IMG/VR virus record: IMGVR_UViG_3300013426_000016
Location: 139,857-203,856 of that record
Direction: 5' to 3' (one strand)
Length of the DNA: 64,000 nucleotides
Source: a virus
Taxonomy: Duplodnaviria; Caudoviricetes
How positions within the stretch are numbered: position 1 is the first letter of the stretch; every line of letters begins with the position of its first letter. The position numbers were made by a program, and so were the translations under genes. The notes under the pieces were generated by a model. The model saw only the letters and a list, made by a program, of their open reading frames with translations. It ran no database searches and was not told the origin of the DNA. This document shows, in pieces, positions 43,068-52,576 of the stretch.

Positions 43068-43069
43068 CC

Positions 43070-43309
43070 ATGAACATAAAAGAAAGTGCGGATGGATACA
43101 TAGGCCTCCCGAAAGAACGCGGCGAACTGCTTGAAGTCACCATGCGCAGGAACGCGTTCTTCGACGGAGCGGACTGGATGAGGCAAAAGGCCATGGTCAG
43201 CTTCGAGGACGCTATCCGCAAACTCAAATCACGCCTGCCAACAGAAGCCCGGCAACGCTTTTCCGTGACGGAAGAAATGATGAAATTCAATAAATCACTA
43301 TCAGAATGA
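43070..43309 (+). CDS. Hypothetical protein
   Basis: First gene ending in a TGA stop (ATGA overlap). Confidence 0.6.
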   Translation: MNIKESADGYIGLPKERGELLEVTMRRNAFFDGADWMRQKAMVSFEDAIRKLKSRLPTEARQRFSVTEEMMKFNKSLSE

Positions 43310-43611
43310 ACACAATAGACGTAAAAGACCTCGAACTGTTTAACGCCAATCTGGACAGACTGCTGCACTCAATCGAAGTGGCTCACGTCATGGCGACGAC
43401 AAAGACACAGCGGATGACCGACTACAAACACCAATACCCCTACATGGATGACGCGAAAATTGAAGACCTCTTCCGCCGCGAACTCCACGAAAAGGAACTG
43501 TCCGTCCGCGCCGACTACGATTCCATGCGGATGCGCGCCGTCACCTGCGGCATCACTCTCCCCTACAGCATCGGAGAAATCCTTGACTACATAGAAAACT
43601 CGAAAGCATGA
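43306..43611 (+). CDS. Hypothetical protein
   Basis: ATGA-coupled at both ends. Confidence 0.65.
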   Translation: MNTIDVKDLELFNANLDRLLHSIEVAHVMATTKTQRMTDYKHQYPYMDDAKIEDLFRRELHEKELSVRADYDSMRMRAVTCGITLPYSIGEILDYIENSKA

Positions 43612-43991
43612 AACACCTAATCACCATCCTCTGCCTCCTGCTGCCCATCGCAGTACAGGCCCAAATCATTGACACCGACTTCAACATCGGCGGAAAGGCC
43701 GTCACCGTCCTCGACAAGAACGGAGACTACCATGAACTCATCGATGGCTGTACTTTCACCATCCAACATCAAGTGTTCGGCTCTGCCGGGACAATCACAC
43801 AAATCAAAATCGTCACCCCGACCGGAGAAACCGTATACAACGAACTCCTCACCGACAAACAGGCCGTCTACATCCCCAAGAACGGAGACACGCCCTACGC
43901 CATAGCCATCATCGGCGACTATTTCGTCCATGTGCTCGCTTTCCCCGACACAGGCCTCATATCACTCAAAACCCAACCCTACAAGCAATGA
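43608..43991 (+). CDS. Secreted hypothetical protein
   Basis: Signal peptide MKHLITILCLLLPIAVQA-Q. Confidence 0.65.
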   Translation: MKHLITILCLLLPIAVQAQIIDTDFNIGGKAVTVLDKNGDYHELIDGCTFTIQHQVFGSAGTITQIKIVTPTGETVYNELLTDKQAVYIPKNGDTPYAIAIIGDYFVHVLAFPDTGLISLKTQPYKQ

Positions 43992-44167
43992 AACCGTCTA
44001 AAATCATCATCACCCTTGAAGACAACCTCATCGGCTGCGAACTCAACGACAGCCAAGGACGCATCCTTGACATCCACAATATGTCCAAGGAAGAATGCTC
44101 ACACGTCATCAACGCCCTCAATGTCGCCTTACACGACCTTTTCCTCAAATACCTCAAAACAAAATGA
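43988..44167 (+). CDS. Small hypothetical protein (59 aa)
   Basis: ATGA-coupled, MKPSKIIITLED. Confidence 0.55.
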   Translation: MKPSKIIITLEDNLIGCELNDSQGRILDIHNMSKEECSHVINALNVALHDLFLKYLKTK

Positions 44168-44490
44168 ACAAGACAGCATTATTGGCAATCATAGCCGCCG
44201 CAATAACCGGACTGGCAGCCCTCACGCTCATCCCCGTCAGAGCAAACTTCCGCGACAAGGAAAGACAACGCCTCAACGAACAAATCCAACTCCGTGACGA
44301 CTTCATCCGGCAACACCTCGACACCCTCTACTCCCTCAAGGACGAGTTCGTGCTCAACGAATCCAACGTCCGCACAATCCACAACCTCGATTCCATCGGA
44401 CTGCAATTCGCGAAACGCTCCGGGACAATCGACTACTACCGCTACGCTCTCGACATAAACTACCTACAGGAACAACTCAGAAACAATTGA
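44164..44490 (+). CDS. TM-anchored hypothetical protein
   Basis: MNKTALLAIIAAAITGL; ATGA overlap. Confidence 0.6.
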   Translation: MNKTALLAIIAAAITGLAALTLIPVRANFRDKERQRLNEQIQLRDDFIRQHLDTLYSLKDEFVLNESNVRTIHNLDSIGLQFAKRSGTIDYYRYALDINYLQEQLRNN

Positions 44491-44554
44491 CAGATAACGC
44501 CCGTGCCGCCCCCACTCTAACCGGAACGCACGGGCTTCAAACTCATCCACCACC

Positions 44555-45153
44555 ATGACCTTCGGACTGCCCTACAAAGGAAGCAAAAACAAACTCGCCG
44601 CACGCATAGCGGAACTCCTGCCCCCTGCCCACACCCTCGTGGACATCTTCTGCGGCGGTTGCGCCGTGGCTCACGCAGCCGCACTCTCCCGCAAACCGCC
44701 CTGCACAACATCAAAGGATTAACGGAAAGACGACTAGCACTGAAACGCTTGCCGTTGCCTATCCCTGACAGACACCGCTGTTTGCAAGGCTTGGAGAGAC
44801 TGAATAGACTGAATAGACTGAATAGACTGCCCCACGATATGTTCTCTCCCACGAATCTTGACTACCGCTCCGTCCCCATCCCCGAAAACTCCATAATCTA
44901 CGCCGACCCTCCCTATCAAAACACCAACCACTATGGACATACGCGCTTCGATTCCGACAGCTTCTGGAACTGGGCACGCAACTCTATACACCCTATCCTC
45001 ATCTCCGAATACCACGCCCCAAATGACTTCGTCACCGTGGCCGAATTGAAACGCGTATCCCCCCTCTCCGCTACCAACAATAAAGCCGCAGCACCCGAAC
45101 ATCTCTACACCACGCCCCGATTCGCCCACCTCTTCCATGATACCCTCTTCTGA
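44555..45153 (+). pseudogene. Frameshifted Dam-like N6-adenine methyltransferase
   Basis: LPYKGSK and DIFCGG (motif I) in one frame, YADPPY (motif IV) in another; shift near 44695. Confidence 0.75.
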
Positions 45154-45769
45154 CGAATTACTACCCCGAATTTCGGTGGTTGGAATTGTCGCGAATTTTG
45201 GAGGCTTGGAATACCGCGAATTTTGAAGGGGATACCCGGGGCGCCTGCCTAAAACGCAGGGGGGGGGTATCCCAAACCGCCCAAAAGCGACAAAATGTAA
45301 GTACCCCAAAGTGTTTTCCCCGTATTTTCGGACACCCACGGGGGCAAAAAGCGACAAAATGTATAATTTCGAGGGTACGGCAGGCGGCGAAAGGCGGCAA
45401 ATCAAGGCCGCAGGGGCGAAAAAGGTCGGCACACTGGAAGAGTTAGGCCGGTAGAGGGGTGCAAAATGAGGGCAAAAAGGGGCAATTTCGCAGCGCAATT
45501 TGTACACAGCAAGTCTGCCCCCCGTGAAAAATTTGACCACTTCCGAAATTTATTTGTACACCGCCGCGGAATTTCGCGACATTCGGCGCTGTCGCCCATA
45601 TCCTTTCCTGCCCAAGAAGAAAACCGCAGAAGTGGCCCTATTTCGCACGCGAAAGCCCCTCAAGGTATCGGAGTACCTAAAGGGGCTATAAGGCTGCAAA
45701 ACAAGGGTTTAAATACGAGAAAACGAGACTTAGCGCGTGAGGGGTTAAACGCTTTCAGACAAAAGCGCG

Positions 45770-45840
45770 GCCCTATTGCCTTATTTCGCCCTATTGCCTT
45801 ATTTCGCCTTTCACCTTATTTCGCCCTTTTGCCTTATTTC
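45770..45840. repeat. Four tandem 17-18 nt repeats GCCCTATTGCCTTATTTC
   Basis: Two perfect and two variant copies in a noncoding region. Confidence 0.85.
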
Positions 45841-46093
45841 ATCTCTTTATCGCTCACTCAATCAAACAAACGTCTGTCTTGCGGTTATATAAGAGAGAAA
45901 GGGCGCAACCTGTAAGAGTTGTGCCTTTCCTTTCTTTTTTCTCCTTGTGGCTTAACCTACTATAAATGACGCTATTAGATTGCCATTTCGGTTATAAATG
46001 TTAGTTTGATTCTTTGTTTCTTCCATTCGCGTGGCCGCTATGCAATTGATATAGAATATGTTAGCCGCGTCCTTGCGTTGCGTTGCTGTGCAC

Positions 46094-46327
46094 TTAAATA
46101 TCTTCGTTTTCATCGTCTAAATCATTATATATCATGTCGTTAATGGTTTCATCGAACCATAGTAATTCATTAATTTCCCCTTCTGTCGCCTGCCCGTTTG
46201 TCACCTCTTCGATATACTTCCAAACTTTTTCCGCAACTCCGGAGTAAATAGCATCGTCTTTCCTCGCCTTGCCGCCTTGCCAAGCGTCAAAATCTTCAAG
46301 CGCGGTAATTTCTGTAATTACGTTCAT
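46094..46327 (-). CDS. Acidic hypothetical protein
   Basis: FDAWQGG..EINELLWFD. Confidence 0.7.
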   Translation of the reverse strand: MNVITEITALEDFDAWQGGKARKDDAIYSGVAEKVWKYIEEVTNGQATEGEINELLWFDETINDMIYNDLDDENEDI

Positions 46328-46345
46328 ATCTTAATGTCTTGAAAT

Positions 46346-46624
46346 TTAACCGATTACATATATTTTCCCTCTCCGGCTATTGGCTATATACTCCATGTCG
46401 CAAATTTCGTACACGGGGAGATAATTTGCGCGCCGACCATATCCATCATCGTAGAACCCCTCGAAGGTAAATTGATTAGGTTCTGCGCTCTTGATTATTT
46501 CGATTTCGCGAAAACCAAGGTAAATGTCTTTTCGCGGTGTGCCGTCGTGGCGCAGGAGCGAAATTTGACGCTCTGTAATTTCGCCTTTCGCGGCGATTTC
46601 CTTCAAAATCATTTCAGTTTTCAT
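46346..46624 (-). CDS. Hypothetical protein
   Basis: 92 aa; AT-rich upstream. Confidence 0.65.
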   Translation of the reverse strand: MKTEMILKEIAAKGEITERQISLLRHDGTPRKDIYLGFREIEIIKSAEPNQFTFEGFYDDGYGRRANYLPVYEICDMEYIANSRRGKIYVIG

Positions 46625-46650
46625 TGCTTTGTAAATTTAAATTAAAAAGT

Positions 46651-46872
46651 TTACTTATTTTCCAGAGACATAAATTTATCAAAAGAGATTGAGATTGTGC
46701 AGCGATTGCCCCACTTTGTAACACTTTTTATATCTCCGTGTACGACTGCGTTATAAATTTCAAGAGACGGGCAACATTCGCACACTATAATTCTATCACC
46801 ATAAAATTCGACTTTTTTTACCTCAATTTCAAGGTAATCAATAGCTCCGCTCTTGATTGTAAGTACTTGCAT
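46651..46872 (-). CDS. Hypothetical protein
   Basis: Start reset to MQVLTIK. Confidence 0.55.
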   Translation of the reverse strand: MQVLTIKSGAIDYLEIEVKKVEFYGDRIIVCECCPSLEIYNAVVHGDIKSVTKWGNRCTISISFDKFMSLENK

Positions 46873-46888
46873 GATTTTAATATTTAAA

Positions 46889-47059
46889 TTATTTAATAGC
46901 TCGTATACAATGGTTTGACCCATTGCGGCCGTAAATTCTCACAACGCACCCGCCTATTTTCGCGAACCTTTTGACAAGAATTTCCGCTTCGGCAATAGCC
47001 TCTTCCAAGCTTTGGAAGTCATCTAAATCGAACCTTTTTAAGAACTTTGCATCTTTCAT
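46889..47059 (-). CDS. Small hypothetical protein (56 aa)
   Basis: MKDAKFLKRFD after an AT-rich leader. Confidence 0.45.
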   Translation of the reverse strand: MKDAKFLKRFDLDDFQSLEEAIAEAEILVKRFAKIGGCVVRIYGRNGSNHCIRAIK

Positions 47060-47085
47060 TTTACTAAAATATTTAAAATTAAATC

Positions 47086-47307
47086 TTATTTGTAAATTAT
47101 TTCATAAATCACGGGGTCGGCAGAAAGAAGATAATTTATATCCATCTCATCAGAGTCGCCGCACTCTATATATATATCGCACAACATTTGCCACACGGCG
47201 GCCGCCCGATGTCTGCGATATGCTGCTTTCCTATTATCCGCTGCAACGCCGAAAAGTTCGAAGTCACGAAGACAGCTGTAAAATTGGCCGTTAATTATCA
47301 TTTTCAT
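47086..47307 (-). CDS. Hypothetical protein
   Basis: 73 aa downstream of a TACCTTTG -7 box near 47352-47359. Confidence 0.55.
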   Translation of the reverse strand: MKMIINGQFYSCLRDFELFGVAADNRKAAYRRHRAAAVWQMLCDIYIECGDSDEMDINYLLSADPVIYEIIYK

Positions 47308-47736
47308 TTCTCATCAAAAATTAAAACTTGTTTGTCTCGTTCGGACAATGCAAAGGTACAACGATTTTTGATAACTACAAATTTTTTTTGCACTTTTTTC
47401 GAGTTTTTTTCATCCTTTTCCTTTTGTCCTTGATTTTCAAACAATTACGATAGCGTTTGTATTTTTCCCTTTGCGTATATATAAGTTCACGCGCGCGTTA
47501 TTTACAACTTTCAGCAGTCGCAATCTTAATTGCTATTGCGCGATCTTAATTTATAGCGCACCTTTGCACTATCAAATTTATAGCATTATGATAGCTAAAT
47601 TTCTACACGCAGCGACTAAATTTTTCGCGACGCACGTCCTTCGGCTACTTGCAACCGCCGCCCTCGTGGCCCTTGCCCTCCACTGGAAAGAGGGCGGAGT
47701 ATTTCCCCTCGCCCTTGCTGTGCTCTTGTGGACTGC

Positions 47737-47866
47737 GTGAATTTTTAGAGCACTTGCAGGACGCGCCCGGCAAAGGGCCGTGAATTTTTAGACCTTGCCC
47801 GGAACGGGGCATGAATTTTCAGACGCCAAGCGGCTGACGTGAATTTTTAGGCCGTGTGAATTTTTA
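47737..47866 (+). repeat. Five direct repeats GTGAATTTTTA(G) with GC-rich spacers
   Basis: Copies at 47737, 47780, 47811, 47839, 47856. Confidence 0.8.
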
Positions 47867-47883
47867 TAAACAAAACGATTAAA

Positions 47884-48195
47884 ATGAAAACAAGCAAAAT
47901 TTTTCGGGAAAAAAGTCTTGAGGAACTCCACGCAAGCCACTTCTATAAGTTGCGGAAAACCTCACAAAACACAATGATTGAGTACGTGGTCAGATACGAC
48001 TACAACGGGCGTTTCGCAGTGCGCTGCGCAGGCGTCAACGCAAACGGGGTTCCTTTCGTGGGTTCGGCGCAGAACGACGGGCGTTACTTCTTCCAGGTAG
48101 ACACCTGCGACACTTTCGAGCAAGCGCAGGAGCACCCCGAAGAGTTGTACTCCGACATGATGCTTGCAATAGGGGCAAGGCGGAGGAACAAATAA
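47884..48195 (+). CDS. Hypothetical protein
   Basis: 103 aa ORF. Confidence 0.65.
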   Translation: MKTSKIFREKSLEELHASHFYKLRKTSQNTMIEYVVRYDYNGRFAVRCAGVNANGVPFVGSAQNDGRYFFQVDTCDTFEQAQEHPEELYSDMMLAIGARRRNK

Positions 48196-48242
48196 TTTTT
48201 AGGACGTGAATTTTTAGTAAACACAACAAAAATAACAACGCA

Positions 48243-48920
48243 ATGAAAAAGTTTAATATCAGCGCGTTCTGCGCAAAGAAGTCGGACCCCGTGCCGTCCA
48301 AATTTTGGGGAATAAGCTACAAGGACGGCAAAATGATAGCATCGAACACGCTTGTGCTTGCATCCGTCAAAGCGGATTATCCGGCGGAATACGAGGGCGG
48401 CATATATGCCGGAGACGTACGGATTTTCGATGAAACCATCCCTGCCGAAATGGTATTGGAGCAAGGACGCGCCAAAACGCTTGCAGTATCGTTACCTATT
48501 GCGGAACTTAAGGCCGCCTGCAAAGTCTGCCGTGATAGCGGCAAAGCAATGGGCGCGGTGGAATTTGTCGCCATCCCTTTCGGGGACAATCAAAAATTGC
48601 TTTTCAAACGCACTCTTCTGTCAAAGATTCTCACCGCCTGCGAATGTTTCGGCATCAAGGAAATGCATATATCAGAATCGAGGCCGTATTCTTCCGCATA
48701 TCTGACAGACGGCAACGGCAACGAGTTCGCTATCATGCCGGCCTATCCGGCATTCGCCTATGTTGACCTTTCCGGACGAATCCACGATTATCCTTTTCTC
48801 ATTGACGATTTGATAAGGCAGGCGGAGATTGCGCTCAAAGACGCGGGGAAGCCGCAGGAGCAAGCGAAAGCGGCGTCACATCTGATTAGTCTCAAATTCA
48901 TAAAATCCCGTCTTGCTTAG
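48243..48920 (+). CDS. Hypothetical protein, weak sliding-clamp-like features
   Basis: GI..DGKMIASN..LA and AIMP tail; 225 aa. Confidence 0.55.
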   Translation: MKKFNISAFCAKKSDPVPSKFWGISYKDGKMIASNTLVLASVKADYPAEYEGGIYAGDVRIFDETIPAEMVLEQGRAKTLAVSLPIAELKAACKVCRDSGKAMGAVEFVAIPFGDNQKLLFKRTLLSKILTACECFGIKEMHISESRPYSSAYLTDGNGNEFAIMPAYPAFAYVDLSGRIHDYPFLIDDLIRQAEIALKDAGKPQEQAKAASHLISLKFIKSRLA

Positions 48921-48923
48921 ACG

Positions 48924-48960
48924 AAAGAAAGGGGTTTCCGAACTGGAAGCCCCTTTCTTT
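48924..48960. terminator. Bidirectional terminator
   Basis: AAAGAAAGGGGTTTCC...GGAAGCCCCTTTCTTT between convergent units. Confidence 0.8.
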
Positions 48961-49060
48961 GAAATAAGGCCTATTTTAGGCGCGCCAACGGGATAGGATG
49001 ATAAGTTATACCAAAAGGTTCTTTACCGCGCCAAAAACGGCATCAAAACAGCAAATACGG

Positions 49061-49399
49061 CTATTTACGGATTATGTTTCGCTTGTATGTTTCACAGATA
49101 TGCCCGTATTTCCATTCGGGATTGAGTTCGCAGCCCAAGCATTTGCCGTCTGCCGAATATTCGGACATCTGCCCGAAAAGGCAGGTGTCGCAGGTGTCGG
49201 GGATTTTCGAATCTTCCCTCTCCTTGATTTTCCGGCCTATCCAGACGGACAAGTTCAAGCCTGCAACGAATGTCGTCACCAAAGCCGCGGGGAACCACAG
49301 CCAAGAGAGGGCCACGGCCCACGAGACGAGGCCGAGAATTTTCAGAACCAAAGCGGCCGTCACCCAAAGGACGTATGCCGCATAACCGATTTTCCTCAT
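49061..49399 (-). CDS. Membrane protein with Cys-rich tail
   Basis: LVLKILGLVSW..SWLW. Confidence 0.65.
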   Translation of the reverse strand: MRKIGYAAYVLWVTAALVLKILGLVSWAVALSWLWFPAALVTTFVAGLNLSVWIGRKIKEREDSKIPDTCDTCLFGQMSEYSADGKCLGCELNPEWKYGHICETYKRNIIRK

Positions 49400-49707
49400 A
49401 GTGAATTTTTGAAATGTTTTTCGTACTCCTCATATTTCTCACCGAATGCGCCATCCACCAGGAGCAGGTCTCCGGCGCGGTAATAGGAGTATACTATCGT
49501 TGTGTAGTGCATCCCGAAAAGCTCCGCAATCTCCACGTAGGTCATGCAGGTGTTCTCCCGGAGAATCCGCACGGACATCATCCGCACGTCAGCGTACTTT
49601 CGCTTGTGAGACCTGTTCTGGTAGTTGGCCAAGGGCGCGCCGAACACCTCCATGCAGGCGGAGTCCAACGCCCCCACGATAATTTTTAGTTCCTTTTCGC
49701 TGACCAT
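49396..49707 (-). CDS. DnaA C-terminal-like HTH protein
   Basis: RSHKRKYADVR..EIAELFGMHYTTIVY. Confidence 0.7.
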   Translation of the reverse strand: MVSEKELKIIVGALDSACMEVFGAPLANYQNRSHKRKYADVRMMSVRILRENTCMTYVEIAELFGMHYTTIVYSYYRAGDLLLVDGAFGEKYEEYEKHFKNSL

Positions 49708-49723
49708 AATTTTTAGACTTTTT

Positions 49724-49987
49724 TCAGAACGGCAGGTCATCTTTCTCCGCGTCCTGCGGCGCGGAATTGCCGCCCCCGAACTCCTTAGTCTTGAGGTTGC
49801 CGAGGTAGATTGTCTCCCGATTCTCCTTATCGTAGATGGAGACGGAGTGCGTGTTGCCGTACTCGTCTTCGCCGTTCTTGTTCGGGACGATGTCGATGAA
49901 GATGCACTTGTCCCCTTTCTTCGTTTCCCCAATCAACCGCTTCGGTATCTTGGTGAGGTTGATTAACCCTGTCAGTTTTGTTGCCAT
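49724..49987 (-). CDS. SSB-like protein with acidic DDLPF tail
   Basis: INLTKI..DEYGNTHS..YLGN..DDLPF. Confidence 0.65.
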   Translation of the reverse strand: MATKLTGLINLTKIPKRLIGETKKGDKCIFIDIVPNKNGEDEYGNTHSVSIYDKENRETIYLGNLKTKEFGGGNSAPQDAEKDDLPF

Positions 49988-49990
49988 AAA

Positions 49991-50446
49991 TTATTGTTTG
50001 ACATATCGTTTCTCTATCCACCGCTTCGCCATCGGAAAGTCCAACTGGCGCGTGCGCATCACGAAAGACACCGCGTTCTCTCTCGCACCGCATCGGAAGC
50101 AGCCGAAAATCTGATATTTCGGACTTGTATACGCAACATTCTTCTTGCCGCAGAACGGGCAGTCGCAGATGTAGTTCTCGCCACGGAATTCCGCCGGAAG
50201 CGTGTCGCAGACGATTTCTTCTATCCGTGCATGCCTGCACAGCTCCCTCGCCGCGCCGATTTCGCCGTCCTCACGGAATTCATATCCGCGCGCCTCCGCT
50301 ATGCTGCGGCAGTAGCCGTAATCCGTCCCGGCAGGGATTGCCCCGTCCACGGGATAATACACGTTGTCCATTATCCACTTGTGCAGCTGCTCATCGTTCG
50401 TCACCGAATTGATGTAGTTGCCATATCTGTATATTCTTATCTTCAT
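49991..50446 (-). CDS. CHC2 zinc-finger (primase-type) domain protein
   Basis: CPFC..FGCFRCG..AVSFVM. Confidence 0.7.
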   Translation of the reverse strand: MKIRIYRYGNYINSVTNDEQLHKWIMDNVYYPVDGAIPAGTDYGYCRSIAEARGYEFREDGEIGAARELCRHARIEEIVCDTLPAEFRGENYICDCPFCGKKNVAYTSPKYQIFGCFRCGARENAVSFVMRTRQLDFPMAKRWIEKRYVKQ

Positions 50447-50697
50447 TTGATTCTCTCCGCAAATTCCCTGCTTTCTATCTCCAACGGCTGAAGATAATCA
50501 GCCGCCGTGTCGAGTACGTAGTCTTTAGCATCTTCATATCCGTTCTTGATTGCGCACACGGTTATCGCCGACAGGTGCTTCCGCCCATCCTCGTCCGTGT
50601 TGACCGCCAAGAAGCCCTCGCCGCGTCTGCGCACCACGAGCATGTAGTCGCACCTGCGCATCATCCACGTGACCAGCTTTATCAGCAAATCAAACAT
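50443..50697 (-). CDS. Hypothetical protein
   Basis: Coupled ORF in the operon. Confidence 0.6.
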   Translation of the reverse strand: MFDLLIKLVTWMMRRCDYMLVVRRRGEGFLAVNTDEDGRKHLSAITVCAIKNGYEDAKDYVLDTAADYLQPLEIESREFAERIK

Positions 50698-51076
50698 GCC
50701 TTTCCTCCTTTGTCACGCCGTCCCCGTTCCCCTCTATCGTCCCGTTCGCTTTCCGCTTCGCGAGCTTCTCAAGATTGAACTTCGCCACCTCCTCAAGTGA
50801 GTAGCCCATGGATGCCGCCATGCCTGCTACGCCCCACAGGATGTCCCCGAGTTCAAGTATCACCCCGAGGTCGAAGTCCATCTCCTCGCGCGTCTCCATC
50901 ACTGAAGAATTGATGAGGTTGTCGCTGAACTTCAGCCTCCCTTTCCTTATCGCCTTAGCGAACTTCCCTTGCAGTTCCCCGGCCTCCGATGCTATCTCAA
51001 GCATCATGTAAAGATGATTGTCGCAACTGTCCATCCTCGTGGACATCGCCTGCGTTTGATAATCATTCAACTCCAT
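50690..51076 (-). CDS. MazG-like nucleotide pyrophosphohydrolase
   Basis: NDYQ..EAGE..ELGDILW..NLEKL..R. Confidence 0.85.
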   Translation of the reverse strand: MELNDYQTQAMSTRMDSCDNHLYMMLEIASEAGELQGKFAKAIRKGRLKFSDNLINSSVMETREEMDFDLGVILELGDILWGVAGMAASMGYSLEEVAKFNLEKLAKRKANGTIEGNGDGVTKEERHV

Positions 51077-51476
51077 TGTATTCCTTTTTCAGTTGTTCTA
51101 TTCTCCTGTTGTTCTTTTCAAGTATCCGCATCCCCGTCCTTGTCGTGGAATGCTCCCAACGCTCGTGGCAGTGTTCGCAGAGGATGTTCACGTTCCTCGG
51201 GTCATGGGCCATCCTCGCATCCGCGCCACGGCTGATGATGTGGCTCACGTTGTAGGCACTCGGAGTCCGTATCGGCCTGCGGCATTCCTCGCAGATGAGC
51301 GGCAGGCGCGAAAGGCAGAAGCGGTAGAACTTGTGGTTTCCCACCGCATCGTTCTTCCCGAACCGCTCTTTCTGCACCTCCACACGGAGCGCGTGCGACA
51401 TCGGAAGCCGCTCATCAATCAAAGGCTCATAACCGCGTTCCACGGCATAGCCGTATTCCTCCCGTGTCTCTATCAT
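51063..51476 (-). CDS. HNH-like endonuclease
   Basis: CEEC..SHIISRG..N..LCEHCH. Confidence 0.7.
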   Translation of the reverse strand: MIETREEYGYAVERGYEPLIDERLPMSHALRVEVQKERFGKNDAVGNHKFYRFCLSRLPLICEECRRPIRTPSAYNVSHIISRGADARMAHDPRNVNILCEHCHERWEHSTTRTGMRILEKNNRRIEQLKKEYNGVE

Positions 51477-51829
51477 TTGATGCCGTTGAAATAATCCCTC
51501 TCCCAACGCTCGCGTTCCGCCTTGGGGACTTTCGCCTCCTCGGGGAAACCCTCGAACCAATGGTCGATATTGATTCTCCGGGCTTTTTTCTTCCCCAAAG
51601 CAATACCGTACAGCATTTGCATGTCATAATCGTACCATTTGAGAAACGAATCAAAATCTATCCCGTTGTCTACGACATAACGCAATTCCCAGTTCGACAG
51701 GAAGAGGTCTACGACATCGAATGTGCAATAGCCATCGTCCATCCACTCTCCGTCAGTCTCCCACATCTCGTTCAGTTTCTCCACGTATGCCTTGCACGCG
51801 GCAGAGTACATCAACTGTAAACTTGTCAT
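51473..51829 (-). CDS. Hypothetical protein
   Basis: ATGA-coupled acidic ORF. Confidence 0.6.
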   Translation of the reverse strand: MTSLQLMYSAACKAYVEKLNEMWETDGEWMDDGYCTFDVVDLFLSNWELRYVVDNGIDFDSFLKWYDYDMQMLYGIALGKKKARRINIDHWFEGFPEEAKVPKAERERWERDYFNGIK

Positions 51830-52251
51830 ATCTTCGGATAATCCAATATCTGATAAAAATTCTCCGCAGCGTACTGGACGGCCCATTCTATCACCTCGTT
51901 TGCCTCCGCGCTGTCGAGTTCCTCGAAGTCCTTGTAACCCACTCTCCACTTCCCGTCAATCCTTTCCTCACGTGCGAAGAGTGGGCACTGCCGCTTCATC
52001 CATTCGTAGGTCTGCTCTTTCGTGTATCTCTCCCCGTACTCCTGCATCAACATCCCCTGCATCTCCGGCACGACATACCCGAAGAAGTAGTTGGTGACCT
52101 TGTCGCTCGGCTCAGCGGCGAGTATCTCCGCACGCAGGATTATGCCTTTCCCTTTGTGCAGGGAACAGAAGTCCTCCAGCGCCTCCATGGGGAGGTCGAG
52201 CCTGCCATCGTCTCCGATTCTACCGATTACTGTCTTTCTTCGCAGGCGCAT
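51826..52251 (-). CDS. NinB-like recombination protein
   Basis: NYFFGYVVP..EQTYEWMK..AAE. Confidence 0.55.
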   Translation of the reverse strand: MRLRRKTVIGRIGDDGRLDLPMEALEDFCSLHKGKGIILRAEILAAEPSDKVTNYFFGYVVPEMQGMLMQEYGERYTKEQTYEWMKRQCPLFAREERIDGKWRVGYKDFEELDSAEANEVIEWAVQYAAENFYQILDYPKI

Positions 52252-52576
52252 TGATGTCAAGTTCTATTCCGCAATCTGCTATCAGATGCTGCATTTCATG
52301 TACATAACGGATTCGGGCTGTGAAGTCGTTGGCATGTCTGAACATCTCGATGTCCCATCCTGCCGGAACTTGTCTTGCCGACACGAACTCCGGGCCATGT
52401 TCCCATGTATAAACTCCGTCCCGATAGTTGGAGAATCCGCCCAACCACCCGGAAGTCAGCGGCACGGGCGTGAAGAACCCGGCATAGTCAAAGGATGAAA
52501 GAGAAACCCTCATCAGCTGGTTGTAGTTGCCGCTGTGGTAGACCCAGTCCCCGATTCTCAATTCTTCCGGTTTCAT
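52220..52576 (-). CDS. Hypothetical protein (YopX-like N-terminus)
   Basis: MKPEELRIGDWV..YVHEMQHL. Confidence 0.65.
   Translation of the reverse strand: MKPEELRIGDWVYHSGNYNQLMRVSLSSFDYAGFFTPVPLTSGWLGGFSNYRDGVYTWEHGPEFVSARQVPAGWDIEMFRHANDFTARIRYVHEMQHLIADCGIELDINAPAKKDSNR

Noticed and set aside
47737-47866. CRISPR mini-array
   Set aside because: Repeats are only ~12 nt, spacers are irregular (about 5-31 nt), and no cas genes are present
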